Assembly: GCA_016213555.1 (NCBI GenBank)
Contig: JACRAC010000002.1
Coordinates: forward strand, 1-33,842
Source of the DNA: Candidatus Aenigmatarchaeota archaeon
GTDB lineage: Archaea > Aenigmatarchaeota > Aenigmatarchaeia > GW2011-AR5 > JACRAC01
DNA length: 33,842 nt
Direction of reading: 5' to 3'
Part shown: positions 26,355 to 33,842 of the stretch, piece after piece
Layout of the letters: the number at the start of each line of letters is the position of its first letter
Position numbering within the stretch: position 1 is the stretch's first letter
The notes under the pieces: model-generated
Told to the model about the DNA's origin: nothing
Seen by the model: the letters and a program-made list of their open reading frames with translations, nothing else
Databases searched by the model: none
Program-made: the position numbers and the translations under genes

Positions 26355-27101
26355 ATGAATATGATTGGAGATATTTATGCTGTTTGGCTAAGAGAGATGA
26401 TAAGATTTGTAAGAGCCAAGTCAAGAGTCATAAGCAGTTTGGCTATGCCATTTTTCTGGCTTGTTTTTATAGGAATTGGTATAGGATCTTCTTTTTCATT
26501 GCCTGGAACTAGTTACATAACTTTTCTTGCTCCTGGAATATTAGGAATGACTTTATTGTTTAGCTCTATTTTTGCTGGAGTCTCTGTTATCTGGGACAGA
26601 CAGTTTGGGTTTTTGAAAGAACTTTTAGTAGCTCCTATATCAAGGACTAGTATTGTCCTTGGAAAAGTTTTTGGAGGAGCTACTGTTTCAATGATTACTG
26701 CCATGATAATGCTTGTTGTAATGGTTTTTGTAGGTCTTATTAGTTTTAGTGTTATGATTTTGGTTTCTATAGTTTTCATGGCACTAATATCAATGACTTT
26801 TGTTTCCCTAGGAGTTGTTATGGCTTCTAGAATGAAAGGCATGGAAGGATTTCAGATGATAATGTCTTTCTTGATAATGCCTATATTCTTTTTATCAGGT
26901 GCTTTGTTTCCACTAGAAAATACACCTGGGTGGATGCAGGTAGCATCTTACCTTGATCCTCTAACTTATGGAGTAGATGGATTGAGAGGCGCTTTGATTG
27001 GACATAGTATATTTCCTATAACATTAGATTTGACAGCTTTGGCATTGATCACTATTTCAATGATTATAATAGGAAAATATATGTTTGACAAGGCTAATTG
27101 A
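26355..27101 (+). CDS. ABC-2 type permease
   Basis: Y..FL.PGI, DRQFGFLKELLVAP, FLSGALFP and PLTY.VDGLR motifs. Confidence 0.93.
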   Translation: MNMIGDIYAVWLREMIRFVRAKSRVISSLAMPFFWLVFIGIGIGSSFSLPGTSYITFLAPGILGMTLLFSSIFAGVSVIWDRQFGFLKELLVAPISRTSIVLGKVFGGATVSMITAMIMLVVMVFVGLISFSVMILVSIVFMALISMTFVSLGVVMASRMKGMEGFQMIMSFLIMPIFFLSGALFPLENTPGWMQVASYLDPLTYGVDGLRGALIGHSIFPITLDLTALALITISMIIIGKYMFDKAN

Positions 27102-27132
27102 TCAAATATAAGCATTACTTTCCAAATAGTAA

Positions 27133-27921
27133 TTGACAATTATGGGATTTTCAGATTATTTTAATTCAATGTATGTTTGGGCTATAGGAACTTTGATAAT
27201 AATTGCGGCTCTAGCAAGTTATACTTTGAATACAATTCCCCTAAATCTTATTCTTGCTGTTTTTTTATGTTGTGTTATTGATATACTAATTAAGAAAATT
27301 GTTTTGAAGAAAGATCTTTCTTTTCCTAAGTCTGCATTTATAACAGGATTGATAATTGGATCTGTAGGGTTGCTTAATTTTGATATTTTATATGTAGTTA
27401 TAGCTTGTTTGATTGCAATTGGATCAAAGCATGTTATCAGACTGAAAGGAAGACATATATTTAATCCAGCTGCACTAGGTCTTTTGGTTTCACTTGTATT
27501 GCTTAGTACTGGAGAAACATGGTGGGCTACAACAGGATTTCTACTTTTTGGTCTTACTATACCACTTACGGTTTTCTTGATTTTTGCTAATTACAAGGCT
27601 GATAAATTAAAAATAGCTATTCCAGCTATCTTACTTTTTGGAATTGTCTACTTTATAGAAGGATATCTAAAATTAACTTTTACTTTAAATGGAATATTAG
27701 GAGCACTGGCTGTTATACCATTTTTCTTTATATTTATCATGCTATCTGAGCCTAAAACAAGTCCATATTTTGCAAAGGAACAACTTTTATTCGCATTAGG
27801 AGTTGTTAGTTTAGGACTTTTGTTAGAGTATATGAAAATTTTCCATCCAATGTTCTTGGCTTTGCTTGCAGGTAATCTTGTTTATGCTATTTATAGAAGT
27901 AGACCTAATGCAGGAGCTTAA
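27133..27921 (+). CDS. Stand-alone RnfD/NqrB-like membrane protein
   Basis: SA.ITGLI, AI.SK......RHIFNPAA.G, WW and M..EPKTSP motifs. Confidence 0.7.
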   Translation: MTIMGFSDYFNSMYVWAIGTLIIIAALASYTLNTIPLNLILAVFLCCVIDILIKKIVLKKDLSFPKSAFITGLIIGSVGLLNFDILYVVIACLIAIGSKHVIRLKGRHIFNPAALGLLVSLVLLSTGETWWATTGFLLFGLTIPLTVFLIFANYKADKLKIAIPAILLFGIVYFIEGYLKLTFTLNGILGALAVIPFFFIFIMLSEPKTSPYFAKEQLLFALGVVSLGLLLEYMKIFHPMFLALLAGNLVYAIYRSRPNAGA

Positions 27922-27962
27922 TACAAGGATTATTTATTATTCTAAATTTCAATATTTTTAGC

Positions 27963-28787
27963 TTAATTAAAACAGAAAATAGTCTTTATCCCATATTTTT
28001 TTGATAAACTGTTTATTTCTGATCTTATGTCTTTCCAATATCCTGATTTTCCAAAAACAACTTTATTCCATTTTTCAACGCTATCTGGATAGTTTTTCTT
28101 TAAAGCTGCTTCTATATATTTCCAGTTATCTGATTTTATGTTAAGTTTGTCTACCCATATATGATCTAGACTAAGCTTGGAAAATTCTTCAAATAATTTT
28201 TCTAGATCATGTTCAGTTATGTATGGCAATATAGGAGAGAGAAACGCAAATGTTTTAATTTTGTTTTTCTTTAATTCTTCTAAGGCTTTTAACCGCTGTT
28301 GAGCTCTGGATGCGTATGGTTCAAAGACTTTTTGTACTGCTATATCAAGAGTTGATATACTAAAGCCAACTTCACAAGAAAGTTTTTGAAATAAGTCTAT
28401 ATCTCTCAAACAAAGGGTAGATCTTGTTAAAATTGATATATGAAACTTTCTTCCTTTTTCAGATTTTACAAATTCTTCCAGTATTTTTCTTGTTAATTCA
28501 TACTTAGCGTCTATTGGCATGTATGGATCTGTCACAGAACTCATTAGTATGTTTCCAGGTGGAAGCCCTTTTATTTCTTGACGTAATATTAAATGGCTAT
28601 TCAATTTGACGTCTGCAAATTCTCCCCATCCTCCCTTTTGCTGTGTATATTGTTTCATGAACATTGCATAACAAAATGGACATGCATGCTCACATCCTAC
28701 GTAAGGGTTTATAGAATAATCTACTCCAGGCAATTTGCTTGGAGTCAACACTTGCTTAGCACTGATTTCTTTTACAGAGAATTCCAT
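27963..28787 (-). CDS. Radical SAM protein, SplB/Rv2578c-like
   Basis: NPYVGCEHACPFCYA, SSVTDPY, ILTRS...RD.D and FEP.A....R motifs. Confidence 0.9.
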   Translation of the reverse strand: MEFSVKEISAKQVLTPSKLPGVDYSINPYVGCEHACPFCYAMFMKQYTQQKGGWGEFADVKLNSHLILRQEIKGLPPGNILMSSVTDPYMPIDAKYELTRKILEEFVKSEKGRKFHISILTRSTLCLRDIDLFQKLSCEVGFSISTLDIAVQKVFEPYASRAQQRLKALEELKKNKIKTFAFLSPILPYITEHDLEKLFEEFSKLSLDHIWVDKLNIKSDNWKYIEAALKKNYPDSVEKWNKVVFGKSGYWKDIRSEINSLSKKYGIKTIFCFN

Positions 28788-28938
28788 ATAAACCCCTTTC
28801 TTTTAGAAAGAAAGGTTTTTATCAAGTTCCAAAGAAACATTTGAATATGATAAAAAGATCTTTCTAATTAATTACATTTACTCAGAGATTATAAAGCTCT
28901 TTAAATTTGATTTTAAATATATTATAATTATAGATCAT

Positions 28939-29121
28939 GTGTTGGTTTTGTCTATGATGAAAGGAACTTCAGGGTATTTCATATTTTTGAGCATTATTGG
29001 AATAATTGTAGGAATTGCAATGATACTAGTAGGATTTGGAGGTAATGGATTGTCTGCTCCTATTGTGATAATACTTGGATTCTTTGTGTTATTCAAAGAG
29101 ATTCTGGATTTGTTCCATTAG
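28939..29121 (+). CDS. Small two-TM membrane protein
   Basis: Two hydrophobic helices ending in KEILD. Confidence 0.5.
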   Translation: MLVLSMMKGTSGYFIFLSIIGIIVGIAMILVGFGGNGLSAPIVIILGFFVLFKEILDLFH

Positions 29122-29167
29122 TGTTCCTACTTTTAGATTTAAGAACATTTGCTAGTAAAGGATTTTT

Positions 29168-29509
29168 ATGGTTACACAAGAAGAACTTCAAGAAAAATTA
29201 AGAGGTCTATCAGAACTTCAAATTCCTTTTGATACAACAGGTCTTTCTGAAAACGAAATTCAAGTTTTAGACATCTTAAAAAATGCTACATCTCAGGTAG
29301 ATGAGTTATTTCTTGAACAAATGTATTCTCGAAATTTAGAGTTAAGAGATAGATTATCTGGATCAACAGATCCTTTAGATGCTATGAAACTGAGACTGCT
29401 TAGAGCACATGGAGGTCCTTGGGATAGTTATGATCATAATAAACCTTTTATTGAAAATGTTCAAAGACCAATTGGATGTGAATATTATCCTCGTAATAAG
29501 GAACAATAG
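29168..29509 (+). pseudogene. N-terminal fragment of a peptidase M49 (DPP III-like) protein
   Basis: LS..E..VL..L..A...VD.LF..Q, GGPWD..D.N.PF and RP.G..YYP, truncated right after YYP. Confidence 0.65.
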
Positions 29510-29712
29510 GAAAAAATACTAGCGGAGAAAACGATTATACAGGACCTTGCCCACCAGACAAAAGACATAGATATTTCTTTAGATTATATGCGCTTAATAA
29601 GCTTCTTGAGTTAAGAGAAGGTGCAACAAAACAACAAGTTTTAGACTCAATGAAAGGTCATGTAATAGAACAGACAGAACTAGTGGGAACATATGATAAA
29701 AAACATAAGTAA
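29500..29712 (+). pseudogene. C-terminal fragment of a YbhB/YbcL (PEBP) protein with no start codon
   Basis: GTIGKNTSGENDYTGPCPPDKRHRYFFRLYALNKLLEL...MKGHVIEQTELVGTY, preceded in frame by TAA TAA. Confidence 0.85.
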
Positions 29713-29738
29713 ATGATTTAGCTTAAAGGTATTTGAAT

Positions 29739-29885
29739 ATGGTAGACTTGATGTGTGGTTGTAAAGTTTCTGAAATAGGAGAGTTTATAGTAGGAAGATT
29801 TTGTGTAAACTGTAAAGAATGTAATACAATACCTAATATTCATCCTTTTGGGAATGGAAGACTTATTAGTAATCAATTAAAATAA
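29739..29885 (+). CDS. 48-aa Cys-rich protein
   Basis: MVDLMCGCKVSEIGEFIVGRFCVNCKECNTIPNIHPFGNGRLISNQLK; ends 5 nt before the next gene. Confidence 0.55.
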   Translation: MVDLMCGCKVSEIGEFIVGRFCVNCKECNTIPNIHPFGNGRLISNQLK

Positions 29886-29890
29886 TTTAT

Positions 29891-30109
29891 ATGATTATAA
29901 AAGTTAGAGCAACTCCAAATTCTAATAAAAATGAGCTAGTAAAAGACGACAACATCTATAAAGTTTATCTTACCTGTCCTGCTAGGGATGGAAAAGCAAA
30001 TAAGCTCTTGATAAAAATTCTTGCAAAACATTTTTCAATTAGCAAAACACAGATAAAGATAGTTAAGGGTAATAAATCAAGAGATAAGATAATAGAAATT
30101 ATTGAATAA
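29891..30109 (+). CDS. DUF167/YggU (UPF0235) protein
   Basis: V...PN, P..DGKAN..LI..LA..F and IVKG.KSR.K motifs. Confidence 0.9.
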   Translation: MIIKVRATPNSNKNELVKDDNIYKVYLTCPARDGKANKLLIKILAKHFSISKTQIKIVKGNKSRDKIIEIIE

Positions 30110-30110
30110 A

Positions 30111-30401
30111 TTAAATAATTCTAAATAGAACTTTTGCAACAACTCTATCAGAAGAAACAAATCCAAAATACCTACTATCAGTGCTATGCTCTTCATTATC
30201 TCCTATAATATAAACTCTATTTTTTTTGATCTCAGAAATCCTCTTTATCATCAAAATATCTCTTCCAGGAACTTTTATCACAACTATGTCCCCTACATTA
30301 GGCTTTAACAAACTTACAGACACAGTAACAACATAATTACCACTTCTTAAACTAGGTTCCATACTCCTTCCACGAACCTTGAATATAGAAATCGGTAGCA
30401 T
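30111..30401 (-). CDS. sodX: Nickel-SOD maturation protease (S26)
   Basis: V.G.SM.P.L, GD.VV, IKR and GDN...S.DSR.FG motifs; directly downstream of sodN. Confidence 0.9.
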   Translation of the reverse strand: MLPISIFKVRGRSMEPSLRSGNYVVTVSVSLLKPNVGDIVVIKVPGRDILMIKRISEIKKNRVYIIGDNEEHSTDSRYFGFVSSDRVVAKVLFRII

Positions 30402-30437
30402 AATATTATTAGAACAAGGAATTTCTTATACTAAGAG

Positions 30438-30932
30438 TTATAGCATAGGTAACACAAACTCTCCTCCACTTGGATAAGGTGCTTTAACTCTTTTAATCTC
30501 AATGCCTTTTGTTTTCCAGAATATTTCAGCTAACTTTCTTGTAGCTTCTAACAGATCTTCAGATACTTTCTTATCAGTTCCTTGCTTAACTTTGCTGCAT
30601 AATTTCATAATATTCCAAACTAGTTCATGAAGATCAGGATATTCTTTCAGATGTTCTGGCTTGAAATAATCTCCCCATAATATTCTTGCTTCATGCTTGA
30701 CAATTTCAGCATGTTCTTCCTTGACCATTACATGTCTAAAAAAAGTATTTCTAAACTCAGCATCATGAGTCTTATGATTTTTCTCCAAATCATGCATAAG
30801 ATCTATCATTCTTATTACAGTATGTGCCGCAACTTGCATTCTATGAGGATCATAAATTCCACAAGGTACATCACAATGAGCATTTACCTCTTGTATATTT
30901 AATTTATCAAGAAATGTTCCAATAAGACTCAT
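30438..30932 (-). CDS. sodN: Nickel superoxide dismutase precursor
   Basis: 18-aa leader ending VNA followed by the Ni-hook HCDVPCGIYDP, plus KEEHAE, LWGDYFK and FW.TK. Confidence 0.95.
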   Translation of the reverse strand: MSLIGTFLDKLNIQEVNAHCDVPCGIYDPHRMQVAAHTVIRMIDLMHDLEKNHKTHDAEFRNTFFRHVMVKEEHAEIVKHEARILWGDYFKPEHLKEYPDLHELVWNIMKLCSKVKQGTDKKVSEDLLEATRKLAEIFWKTKGIEIKRVKAPYPSGGEFVLPML

Positions 30933-30992
30933 ATTTATGAATATATAATTTACTTATTTAAAGATCATTTTGAATATCTTTTTAGTGGTTAT

Positions 30993-31289
30993 ATGAAAGG
31001 CTATAGAAAGCCAATCAAAGTACTTGAAAAGCCAAAAGAACTGCCTGTAGTAGTTTTTGTTAATGTACCCTACGAAAAAGGCGATCAAGAACAAAGACTT
31101 GACAGAGTTGTAAAATTATTAGATCATCTAACAGAATATCAAACTATTCATAACATAGATACTGCTGGAAAATTTGACCAAAAAATGGCTTACGATGCTC
31201 TTTTAAGATTTAGAACTTCAGAAGAAGCTGAAGCTTATTTAAAACAAGCCCAAGGAAAATTTCCTGAATACAAGTTTAGAATCTCATAA
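30993..31289 (+). CDS. Hypothetical protein
   Basis: 98-aa ORF with gene-like codon usage. Confidence 0.55.
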   Translation: MKGYRKPIKVLEKPKELPVVVFVNVPYEKGDQEQRLDRVVKLLDHLTEYQTIHNIDTAGKFDQKMAYDALLRFRTSEEAEAYLKQAQGKFPEYKFRIS

Positions 31290-31291
31290 AA

Positions 31292-32200
31292 TCATTTAAA
31301 ACTTTTTATGCTTCTTGAATATTTTTCAACTTTTTCAGATAAATCATACCTCTTTTCAACATCTCCCAGAGCTTCAGAAACCTTTTTTGGCGTAAGCTTA
31401 TTTTTCTTTGTAAAATCCATGAATTTAACACATGTAAAGGATTTTCCTAATCCTCTAGGAACCATTGATTTCAAAGCTATAAAGAAAAAGATAGCTCTTG
31501 TTACATCATAAGCACTCAAATCTTTATTTTTCTTTTTCATTTCATCTACAAGTTCTTCAGTCTTTTTTATAAAATATTTGTCATCTTCATAATATTGGTA
31601 GTAAGGTCCTATCTCATTGTTTACAAAAGATTTTATCTGTCTTGTAGCAGGTATAGCACTTTTTCCTCTACCTATAGAATGTAACCAAATAATAACTTTT
31701 GTTTGTCTTACATTGGAAACATCCTCATCCTCAGCTATTTCATCTATAAATTCCGCTGTTGTAGCATCATCTTTTGTAAGTTTATCAATATCCTGTATTA
31801 CCTTTCTTCTGTCAAAAAATCTTCCAAGCCCTTTTATAGAAGCAGTAATTCTAAAAAGTTCTTTCAATAAATTATTTATAAAAACTTTGTCTTCTTCCTC
31901 CATTTTTTCCATTTTCTTCTTTAAAATCTTTTCAATTTCCTTTGATAAATCATCGCCAGTTAGCTTGTTTACCTTTTCAAGCTTTAGCAACCCATCTTTT
32001 TTAAAATATCCTAAAAGCACGTTAGTGTCAGCTTCGCTTCTACCGCCACCGATAAGAGCAACTTGAACAAATTTATCCCAAATATTCTGACCATTAATTT
32101 TTTCAACAGGCTCTTTTACAGTCCATTTCACAACATCTTCAAACCCTACAGGAATGTCCATCACTAAATTTGGATAGAAAAGACTATAAAGTGTTGGCAA
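31292..32200 (-). CDS. Hypothetical helical protein (possibly HhH-glycosylase-like fold)
   Basis: Long charged ORF; IW.KF....L and V...K.IIWLH..G...IP...I..F are only loosely HhH-like. Confidence 0.55.
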   Translation of the reverse strand: MPTLYSLFYPNLVMDIPVGFEDVVKWTVKEPVEKINGQNIWDKFVQVALIGGGRSEADTNVLLGYFKKDGLLKLEKVNKLTGDDLSKEIEKILKKKMEKMEEEDKVFINNLLKELFRITASIKGLGRFFDRRKVIQDIDKLTKDDATTAEFIDEIAEDEDVSNVRQTKVIIWLHSIGRGKSAIPATRQIKSFVNNEIGPYYQYYEDDKYFIKKTEELVDEMKKKNKDLSAYDVTRAIFFFIALKSMVPRGLGKSFTCVKFMDFTKKNKLTPKKVSEALGDVEKRYDLSEKVEKYSRSIKSFK

Positions 32201-32248
32201 ATTTTATTCATTTAAATAGTTATTTCTTGTAAATAGTTACAGATACAT

Positions 32249-33148
32249 ATGGTTGCAATGAAAGGAGTTAGACCTAGTATAGATGTTTACAAAGTACTAT
32301 TACCAAGTCTAGAGGCAAGAGAATATAGTCTTGTTGAAGATCGAGAAGCTATTGAACGACATTATAGAGGTGAACCTATAAGTTGTACAACAGGATTTGA
32401 AAGAAATAGAGAGAGAGTAAGAAGTTCCTTGGTAAATTTATTTGATGATATTTGGGAAGAATATGGATTGCCTAGAGAAAATATTATAGAATACGGTTCT
32501 GGAGCAACAGGTTACTATGATGCTTTTTTAAGACCAAGAAATATTAAGAATTGGTTACAAATAGAGATAAATCCTACAGCTATAGCCGAAAATAGAAGAA
32601 GAAACCCAAGAGCAAATATTGTTGAAGGCTCCTATAATGATATACAATATAAAAACGTTCCTATGATAACAGGACTGTCTTCTTTTGATACATCAGAAAA
32701 TCTTTATCACGCAATGAATCAAGTTGCAACAGCTCTAGAATCAGGAGGTTATTTTCTTCATGTGCAAGATGTAAGACCAGGAGTAACAACAGTACTAAAT
32801 TATCTACATAAAAAAGGAATAAATTCAAAAACATTTTTAGGTCCTTCTAAAGTTGTATGTGGTGATATGCTTGCTGTGATTAATGGAAACCCAGTTCCTA
32901 CAGTAGATATTTTTAGAGATGCTTTAGGTGATGCTATAAAATCTCAGCCAAACCTTGATTTAGTTGAAAACACGTATTTTACATTAATAGAAAGTAATGG
33001 AAAACTTACTTATGAAGTATACGATGCAAATGTGTATTTGGAAATACCTTTACACAATCTTTTGTCGTTTGGAGATATTGATGAAGTTGGTCACCTAATA
33101 GGAAGAAGAGAAGTGTGTGTTTTGGCAACAATAGCTAGAAAGAAATAA
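32249..33148 (+). CDS. Class I SAM-dependent methyltransferase-like protein
   Basis: IIEYGSGATG, IEIN.T and L.SGGYF motifs. Confidence 0.7.
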   Translation: MVAMKGVRPSIDVYKVLLPSLEAREYSLVEDREAIERHYRGEPISCTTGFERNRERVRSSLVNLFDDIWEEYGLPRENIIEYGSGATGYYDAFLRPRNIKNWLQIEINPTAIAENRRRNPRANIVEGSYNDIQYKNVPMITGLSSFDTSENLYHAMNQVATALESGGYFLHVQDVRPGVTTVLNYLHKKGINSKTFLGPSKVVCGDMLAVINGNPVPTVDIFRDALGDAIKSQPNLDLVENTYFTLIESNGKLTYEVYDANVYLEIPLHNLLSFGDIDEVGHLIGRREVCVLATIARKK

Positions 33149-33181
33149 TTGTTTTTAATAATTAGTTGTATAGCTAGTTCT

Positions 33182-33705
33182 ATGAAATATCGTGATTTTG
33201 GAAAAACCCAGAGTAAAGTATCTGAAGTAGGTATGGGTTGTTGGGCTATTGGAGGAAACGAATATGGTAATAGTTACGGTAGTACAGATGATTCTGATTC
33301 TATAAGAGCAATAAAAAGATCTGTTGAACTTGGCTGTAATTTTTTTGACACAGCAGATGTTTATGGACAAGGACATTCAGAAGAATTGCTTGGAATGGCT
33401 TTGAAAAAAGTGCGTGAAAAAGTTATAATTGCTACAAAGGTCGGCGGTTCTTATATGTATGGTGGTCAATGGGGTATGTCTAACTTTTCTGAAGAATACA
33501 TAAGATTTGCTCTAGAAAAAAGTTTACAAAGACTACAAACAAACTATATAGATATTTATCAACTTCATAACCCTTCATTAAATTTAATTAAAAAAGCTGA
33601 GATATTTAGTATTCTTAGAAAGCTACAAAAAGAAGGAAAGATAAAACATATAGGAATTTCTGTTCATACTCTAGAAGAAGGTGTGGCTGCTCTTAATTAC
33701 GTAGA
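33182..33705 (+). pseudogene. Aldo/keto reductase interrupted by an IS insertion
   Basis: G.GCW.IGG, FFDTADVYG, IATK, SL.RLQT.YID.YQLH and GKI..IG.S motifs; ends at about 175 aa exactly at the IS terminus. Confidence 0.9.
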
Positions 33706-33842
33706 TGTTAACTGACAGCCCATACGAGTCCACTACTTTGCTTGGCTCTAAATACTTGTAGTGGAGACAAATATTTAAGACTTGAGTGTGGTGTGCTGTT
33801 GTATTCTTTCTGAAATATTTTCAAGAGCTCATTGGTATGATC
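33706..33842 (-). mobile_element. Right end of an IS481-like insertion sequence (partial)
   Basis: Terminal TGT on the + strand (ACA-3' on the - strand), with the transposase stop codon inside the terminus. Confidence 0.75.
33708..33842 (-). CDS. C-terminus of a DDE integrase-core transposase (partial)
   Basis: DHTNELLKIFQKEYNSTPHSSLKYLSPLQVF...*, matching the YN..xPHSSL...(T/S)P motif of IS481/IS3-type enzymes. Confidence 0.8.
   Translation of the reverse strand, partial: DHTNELLKIFQKEYNSTPHSSLKYLSPLQVFRAKQSSGLVWAVS

Noticed and set aside
21937-33376. Remaining short antisense ORFs in the track (e.g. 21937, 23002, 23648, 24904, 25869, 26513, 28593, 30693, 31308, 31617, 33155)
   Set aside because: They overlap confidently assigned genes on the opposite strand and lack motifs.
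33734-33767. Hairpin CCACTAC...GTAGTGG as an ncRNA or IS200/IS605 end
   Set aside because: It lies within the coding 3' end of a DDE-type transposase, which explains the region better.
1-33842. Genome-wide TAG reassignment (alternative genetic code)
   Set aside because: Full-length conserved genes such as acdA, the M32 peptidase and the histidine phosphatase end at TAG at their expected C-termini.

Overview
A 33.8-kb, AT-rich chromosomal segment from an archaeon, most likely a DPANN lineage. This assignment is inferred from BHB-type tRNA introns, BRE/TATA promoters with GGTGA ribosome-binding sites, split ADP-forming acetate-CoA ligase, PGI/PMI, and DUF63/DUF5654/PRC-barrel genes. Core content is ACD alpha and beta flanking an intact-ORF but motif-eroded porGDAB operon, three intron-containing tRNAs (Ser-GCT and Glu-TTC with two introns each, Val-TAC with a D-loop intron), an M32 carboxypeptidase, an acyl-CoA synthetase, an ABC-2 exporter, and many redox and DNA-repair genes (NiSOD plus SodX, Fe/Mn-type SOD, AlkD, SplB-like radical SAM, glutaredoxin, DUF929). 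Signals missed by the ORF track: (1) a perfectly reciprocal 483-bp inversion at a TAG core that splits two divergent genes (a tRNA-abutting LAGLIDADG gene and a DUF5654-like gene), both restored in frame when flipped; (2) two ~90-bp inversely oriented double-palindrome elements with compensatory arm changes flanking a tRNA-Glu cargo cassette; (3) two tandem 11-12 aa Lys/Ala micro-ORFs with full expression signals; (4) an IS481-like element interrupting the final aldo/keto reductase; (5) a deletion junction fusing peptidase M49 and YbhB/PEBP halves; (6) an in-frame TAG and a one-base frameshift. Family calls come from motif recognition by eye, with no database searches, and rearrangements cannot be separated from assembly artefacts without reads.
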